Positions 57,068-64,000 of a DNA stretch of 64,000 nucleotides are shown here, one piece after another. Position 1 is the stretch's first letter. Every line of letters starts with the position of its first letter. The position numbers and the translations under genes were made by a program. Origin of the DNA: Piromyces finnis finn (Eukaryota > Fungi > Neocallimastigomycota); assembly GCA_002104945.1 (NCBI GenBank), contig MCFH01000042.1:62001-126000 (forward strand), read 5' to 3'. The notes beneath the pieces are model-generated. The model worked only from the letters and a program-made list of their open reading frames with translations. It was not told the DNA's origin and ran no database searches.

Positions 57068-59139
57068 TTTTATTTTTAATATTAATAATTACAAATAAAT
57101 AATCAATATTTATTTTTTTTTCTATTATTTATATTAAATATAATTATATAATTATAAATATAATAACAACTAATATTTATAAAAATTGTAATTAATATGT
57201 ATATAAAAAAAAAAGAAAGATCATTATTTATATAATTTTATTTCTTATTAATGAATTACATTATAATATTAATCAAATTAATATATTAAAAAATATTATA
57301 GTTTTAATATGAATATAAAAGGAAATGTAGATTTTTATTTTATTAATTTTTAATAAATATATACAAAAAATTGTGTAATAGGAATGACTTTGAAAATTTC
57401 AAATTAAGTAGACATTTTTATATGTCATTATATAAATTTGTTACTTTAAACTTATTTCTATAATTAAAATTAAAATTTAAATATTAATTATTAAATATGC
57501 ATTTTTTTTAATTTATTTTTTTAATTTAAAATAAATCTAAATAATAGGAAAACAAGAATATTTATCTTTTTTTTTATGGGTTATATTAATTAATTTTGTT
57601 TCAAAATATTGTGTTGTTTCATGTTCAAGTGTAAAATTATCATAGAATATGTGTAATTAAAAAACTAATATATATTTTTTGTGTATTTACTTGCTCTATG
57701 AAATAAACCTTAAAAATTAAGTGTATAGGGTCATTTAAAAAACAAAAAATAACAAATATTCATAATAAAATAATAAATTATATTAAGTAGTTTCTTAAAA
57801 TTAAGAAAAAAGATAAATTAATAATTACTTTTTAATAAAGTAACAAAGTTCATATTAACTTATAAAATAGGATTGTGGAATAATAAATATTAATGATATT
57901 AAAGTGTGCGGTTCTCTATAATTTCATTGGATAAATCATGACATATAAAAGCTTAATAATCTGATATGAAATATTAAATAAAAACTCTAATTATTAATAA
58001 AATTATTTTATTAATAATTACATAAAATAAGTTAAAATAGTCATGTAATAACGTGACTAAAATCAATTGAGGCGTATATGACTTCACAAGATAAAATAAA
58101 TTTAAGTGATAACATAAATTTATTTTATTAATTTTTATAATAAAAATATAAAATTATAATATAATTTTATATTAATAATTTCTTTTACTTATATTTTTAT
58201 TTATAATATTTTATATTTATTTTTTATTATACTATAATAAATATTTTTATACTTTTTATACTAGTTTTATATGAATTGCTAATTATACAAACAAAATACA
58301 GTTTATAATTATTAAAAGATATATAAATGTATTATTATTCCATGTATTTTAATTCCTTGATTCTCATTATTAAGAGTCATATCTAATAATTTAATAAATA
58401 TTTATTTTAATTTAAACTTTAATACATAAAGTTTCCCCCTAAAAAGGAAATAGTAATAACTTTATTGAATAATTGCTTTAAAAATAAAAAATATATTTTA
58501 TTTCATATACTATTTGAAAAGTAAATTTTAAAAGGAATAAATATATAATACTAAGAAATCAAGCACTTTTTTTTTTCGTAGTTTCAGTATAATTTTTTTT
58601 TTTGATGAATTAATCTTTACTTTTTTAATATCTTTATATTTTATAAAATTTAAATTTATTAGAAATAAATTTTAATTCTTTTTATTAAAATAAAATAGTA
58701 ATAAAATTTTCCTTTAATTCAGTTGAAATAATTTTTTAATAAAAATTAATAAAGTTTAAAATATTAACCTTAATCTTAATATTATCAAATTTACTTAAAG
58801 CATATTAAATAGAATTTTAATTATTAATAGAACATATATGTTAATAATTACATAAAATAAATCATCACAAAAACAATGTGACCAAAATCTTGATATATGT
58901 TTCTTTACTGTTGTAGTAATTTAATACTAGTTTATTTATGATTTATTATATTAGGTGAATATATTTTTATTATTATAATTAATGCTTCTTTTTAATAATT
59001 ACACTTCTTTAATTAATCATAAAAAAACCTCTTCTAATTATTAATTATTAAACATCAATATTTTTATATTATAAAATTCTATAATATAATTGAATATTAA
59101 TTATATAATGTAATGTATTCATAATACATGAATAATAAT

Positions 59140-59593
59140 TGATATAAAATATAAATTATAAACCTTAATTATTATAAACTGATAAATTTATAATAATTAC
59201 ATAAAATCCATAAATTTATTTACTACAAAAATCTTAAATTCACATAAAATGGTATAGTCGTGGCGAATATTTAAATTATGATTATCACGAGAAATTGTAC
59301 ATAAATAAATGTTATTTCTTATTTTATTAATATTTCTATATTTATTTTATATATTATTATTAATTTTATTATATTTATATTATTACTAGTTCTAAATTAA
59401 ATTTTATATTAATTATTCTTAAATTAAATATTTAGTATATATTATGAAAAATATGGATTATTGAAAACAAGTCTTGTATGATAATATTAATAATAAATAA
59501 GTATTTAATCACAAAAACCCTTAAAAAATAAAATTGTATTGAACCAAGTTATATCATTTGGTGGAGATATCGGTTCTTTTAAGGGAGGAGGAG
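59140..59593 (+). mobile_element. Orphan 5' LTR with tRNA-Ala primer-binding site and adjacent purine tract
   Basis: Inverted termini TGATATAA (59140-59147) and TTATATCA (59549-59556). PBS TGGTGGAGATATCGG (59559-59573) is complementary to the tRNA-Ala 3' end plus CCA. Purine run AAGGGAGGAGGAG at 59581-59593. The left LTR boundary is inferred from the inverted repeat only. Confidence 0.65.
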
Positions 59594-59649
59594 TGATTGT
59601 AGCAGTATTTTAATTATTTTAAATAGTGGTTACTGATTTAAAATAACTT

Positions 59650-59680
59650 ATATATATATAAAAAAAAATAAAAAAATAAT

Positions 59681-59756
<76 letters not shown>

Positions 59757-59778
59757 TATATATAAAAAAAAATAAAAA

Positions 59779-59844
<66 letters not shown>

Positions 59845-59845
59845 T
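59650..59845. repeat. Tandem duplication of a (TA)n-A-tract-(AAT)n unit
   Basis: The block tatatatataaaaaaaaataaaaaaataat followed by (aat)n occurs twice in succession. Confidence 0.85.
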
Positions 59846-60109
59846 ATTAACCAGCTAGTTTTACGGTACTCGAGAGTTATCACACAAAATTTTATATATT
59901 GGTTTTTATATTTTTATTATTAAGTCTATATATATTAAAATAAAATTTTTCGTTACATTTATATCATACATATAACAAATACATTACATTATTATGTTAC
60001 ATTAATCTATTACATTATTCAAATACATATTATTACATTATGATTTATAATGTATTACATGATTTTGTATTATGTTAACAATAATAATAATAATAATAAT
60101 AATAATAAT

Positions 60110-60380
60110 TGTGAAATAAATTTAATTAATAAATAATTTTATTAATAAGGTTAACAAAGAGAAAAAATTACATTGTAAATATTACAGTTATATAATGAGA
60201 TGTAAGGTCATGTGACCATAGAAAATAAAATAAAATAAATAAAAAATAACTATCTCTACAACACGTAGACATTACATTTACAACACTTTAAATACATGTT
60301 TATGTTTTTATAAATTAGTCACGTGTGTTTATAAATATATGATATAAATAAATAAAATTATGTGTCCATAAATGTTCACA
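60110..60380 (-). mobile_element. 3' LTR (271 bp) of the Ty1/copia retrotransposon
   Basis: TGTGAA...TTCACA inverted termini. Directly preceded on the minus strand by the polypurine tract TTGAGGGGGAG (60391-60381), which follows the pol stop at 60393. Confidence 0.88.
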
Positions 60381-60392
60381 CTCCCCCTCAAA

Positions 60393-63300
60393 TTAGATTT
60401 TCTTTAAGAATATCTTATTTGTATATTCTAACATTCTTGGACCAGGTAGATCTTTGGTTAAAGGGTCAGCTAGCATTTCTTTAGTGTTTATATATTCTAT
60501 TTTTATATTGTTCTTTTCTATGTTGTCTATAATGAAATGGTAGTGTATATTTATGTGTTTTAACTTTGTGTTTATTTCACCGTTTTCTATTATTTTCTTG
60601 CTTGCCTTGTTGTCGGTGAATAAAGTTATATTTTTGTTGTAATTAAAAATTTCATCTACCATATTTTTGATCCATAAGATTTTCTTCGTATTCATTGACG
60701 TACTGATGTACTCAGCCTCAGCAGTAGACGTAGCCACACATGTTTGTTTCTTTGACAACCAGCATATTGGACTGTTTCCCATTAAGATTATCCCTCCAGA
60801 GGTAGATTTAAAGTCTTCTGCGCCTCCGTAGTCCGAATCAGTGTATCCTTGGATTTTCCCTTCACCACTGTATTCGATTTTGTAATGCTTTGTAGTGGAT
60901 AAGTATCTGAAAATGTTTACAATTGTATTCCAGTCAGATACTGTTGGGTTTTCGGATTTTCTTGCAGCTTTATTAACAGCGAAAGCAATATCCGGTCTAG
61001 TACTTTTTGATAAGTATATTAATGCACCTATTGCACTTTTATATTTGATTCTATCAAAAGGATTATTATTTGAGGTGCTCTTATCAATTGTTGTACATGG
61101 CGTATTTCTTCTACGTACGTTTTCTATATGAAATCTTTGTAATACATTATTAATGTAATTCTCTTGAGAAATAATGTATTTGAAACCTTTCTTCTCAATC
61201 TTTATTCCTAGAATATAATTAATGGGACCGCTATTTGATATTTTAAATTTACTTTTAATTTTGCTTATTACTCTCTCTATTGTATTTGTTTTTCCAACTA
61301 TAACCATGTCGTCTACATATAGACCAATTATACATTTTACGTATTTGTTTTCTTTTAACGTATATATACATGGTTCGGATTTTAATGGTTTAAAGTTATT
61401 ATTTTTCAGGAATTTATCTATTATTTTATTCCATTGTCTTCCTGATTGTTTTAAACCATAAAGAGCCTTATTCAGCTTCCAGTATCCTCCCCCAAAGTTG
61501 CTATCTCCAAGCGGAATAGTGGTGTAAATATCCGTATCTAATGGAGCATTGAGGTAGGCAGCTTTAATATCAAGCTGAAATATATCCCACTTAAATTTTG
61601 CAGCAATAGCAATAATAAATTTTAGACTGTCAATGTTTAAGGTTGGAGAATAGGTTAAGTCAAAATCGATTCCTTGTTTTTGACGGAAACCTCTAGCGAC
61701 AAGTCTAGCTTTAAAACGTACAATTTTATTATTGCTGTCCCTTTTAACAGCAAAAACCCATTTGGTAGATATAATATTTTTGTTTTTTGGGATATTTTTA
61801 ACCAGGGACATAATTTTATTAGAATATAAATTATTCAATTCATCTTGAATGGCTGCTTTCCAATATTTTGAATTCGTACAAGACATTGCTTCTTTGTACG
61901 TAGTGGGAGCATCAGTAAATACGGTAGCTATATATTTGTTCCTGTGCTTCTTAGGAGTACTGGAATTATTTAGAGAGGTAGGACTGCAAGGCCTTTTTCT
62001 TTCAGGATGGGAGGAATCATCAGATTTATCGGCCATGATATCATCCATGATATCATTTTCATCTTCCAAGTTTGGATCAGGATCATCCATAGATTTATTG
62101 TCGTCTGGGATAAAAGAATGAGAGTCATGTGCAATATCAGGAGAATCAGAAATTTTTGAATTTAAATTTATGTTATCATTAATATCCATAGTATCTGAGT
62201 TGGTAGAATTATCCTGTGTAACATTAGAATTTATGCTAGAATTATGACGTGGATTATTTGATTTATCATCCAATAGAATGTTTTCATTTTTATTTTGAAT
62301 TTTTGAGTCAATTTTTGAAAAATTTTTATTAATAAAAATTTTTTCACGATGATCAGAAATTGAATTTTTAGTAGTATTTTCGCCATCAATTTTGGTATTA
62401 GAAATATCTTCAGTGGTGAATTCATCAGTTGAAGAATTATTATAATGATCATGATTTTCAATAATTTTATTTTTGTTTTTGTCAGCAGGAGTTTTACCAG
62501 AACAAACGTTATCGGAACCAGGTGTTTCAGGAAATTGGTATTTATTATTTTTATTGATATTATTTGAAATTTTACAATTTTTCTTTTCGAAATTGCAATT
62601 GTCATTTGCAATTTCTTCTAAAACTTTTAAAATGTCATTTGTAAATTTAATTTTGTCAAATTTCGAATTTGAATTATTATTTTTGTTTTGAGTGTCTTCA
62701 TTCATGTATAAAGAATTTGTTTTGGAATTGTTCATTAAATTACTTTTTGAGCTTTCCTTAGTTTGAGAAATAATATTGGCCTTTTTGTAACTTTTTTACT
62801 TCTTTCCTTTCAGTTTTTTCGTTATAAGTTAAATTTTTATCAACCAGGTCCTCGTCCATAGTACTTATATTGTCTTCATTTACCATTTTTTCTTCTATTT
62901 CTTCTTCATTTACTTCTTCTATCACTTCTTCTCCACTGTTTTTAAAGTGGAAATCCTTCTTCTTGGAAGTAGTCCTTTCTGTATTATTGTTTTGTTTATT
63001 AATATTTGAATTTGTATCCGTAGTGTTGTTGTTCTTGCTGTCAACAACTTTCTCTTTTACACCTTCCGTGTTATTGTTGTTCTTCGATGAGTCTGAGGAT
63101 ATCATATTGTCGTAATTATTAATATTATATGAATCGTTGAAAGAGAAATACGGATCGTTTATATTTTTCTTTTTATAGGTGTATTGTGCCGGCTTATCTT
63201 CGCAGCATTCTATTTCTCTAGAATAGTGAATTTTAAGTTTATCACCACATATCTCCATGACGATATATGAGTGATGTATTTCACTGAACCCAAGAAATAT

Positions 63301-63929
63301 TCCTTCCTTTGAGTTTGGCGCAAATTTCGACTTTTTAAGAGAATAGTCCTTAAAGTAACATATGCATCCAAATACTTTTAGGTATTTTAGATCGGCTTCC
63401 TCGTTGGTAAATACTTCGCCAGGGATTAAATTATTGTTTCCTTGGTGTGGTATTTTGTTGTAAATATAACAAGAATATTTTACAGCAAAACTCCAAAAGT
63501 CTTCAGATAATTTAGCCCAATATAAAAGTGTTTAGCAGAATTTTGAATAGTTTGGCTTATTCTTTCTGCTTTACCATTTAATTCATGTACGTAAGGGGGT
63601 GAGTTTATCTTAGATATACCGTTTTCCTTACAATACTTTATAACTTTACTACTGTTATATTCTTTTGCACCATCTGTCTTGAATATTTTGACTTTATATT
63701 TGTCAAAAGTGTTATTGACATTCTTTAGGAATCCAATAATGATGTCAGGTGCTTCAGATCTTGACTTGAGAGTGTAAATCCAAAGTTTTCTTGAATATTC
63801 ATCCAGCATAGTCATAAAATATTTCTTATTGTTTACGGATGAATTAAACGGGCCTGAAATATCGGAGTGAATAGTCTCTAGAACTCTTCCGGCTTTAGGT
63901 ACTGTTTTGTTGTGGGGAGACTTCTTCAT
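60393..63929 (-). CDS. Copia pol polyprotein, broken by two single-base frameshifts (about 63532 and about 62790)
   Basis: ORFs 63480-63929, 62758-63258 and 60393-62735 become one frame if one A is added at GCT AAA (A)CA CTT TTA TAT TGG and one A is removed from GTA AAAAAA GT. Confidence 0.85.
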
Positions 63930-64000
63930 TTTTGATATTTTGCAGTCTAGGCAAGGCGTTACTTTAATTTTATGTTGATTTAGATATTTCTTCAGATTCT

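Larger units (their letters stand above)
60110..64000 (-). mobile_element. Ty1/copia LTR retrotransposon, 3' part (integrase, RT, RNase H, PPT, 3' LTR); continues beyond the window
   Basis: Copia domain order IN-RT-RH. Pre-integrase CLDCKISK. DDE triad IHSDISGP / KTDGAKEY / NGKAER, and VFGC. RT KWVFAVK..KARLVARGF, LYGLKQSGR and LYVDD. RNase H GYTDSD, AEAEY, DNKAS and LADPLTK. Confidence 0.97.

Overview
Extremely AT-rich, intron-containing eukaryotic DNA with the hallmarks of an anaerobic gut fungus (Neocallimastigomycota): GH10-CBM1 xylanase, Cys-rich scaffoldin-like repeat protein, large ankyrin protein and poly-Asn tracts. The genus cannot be assigned from sequence alone. I hand-spliced about 17 protein genes: HECT E3 ligase, PNKP/APLF-type FHA protein, a small unknown protein, U-box-VWA-Hint/Vint protein, LRR receptor-like protein, PRMT1/Hmt1, an Asn-rich unknown, Arl5, Rrp1/Nop52, Snu23/ZMAT2, base-exchange phosphatidylserine synthase, scaffoldin-like protein, C2H2 transcription factor, ankyrin protein, GH10 xylanase and Ty1/copia pol. 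The window also holds one tRNA-Ala(TGC), a copia element with its 3' LTR and PPT, LTR relics and long microsatellites. Strongest leads: (1) a membrane LRR receptor built from duplicated one-repeat-per-exon cassettes with all phase-2 introns and variation at exposed positions; (2) apparent 4-nt and 2-nt micro-exons supplying the conserved His-Glu of PRMT1; (3) an orphan LTR whose primer-binding site matches the tRNA-Ala gene 4.5 kb away; (4) a U-box/VWA protein with an intact Hint autoprocessing site; (5) poly-A rather than polypyrimidine tracts at many 3' splice sites. All splice models are inferred by eye, without transcript data.
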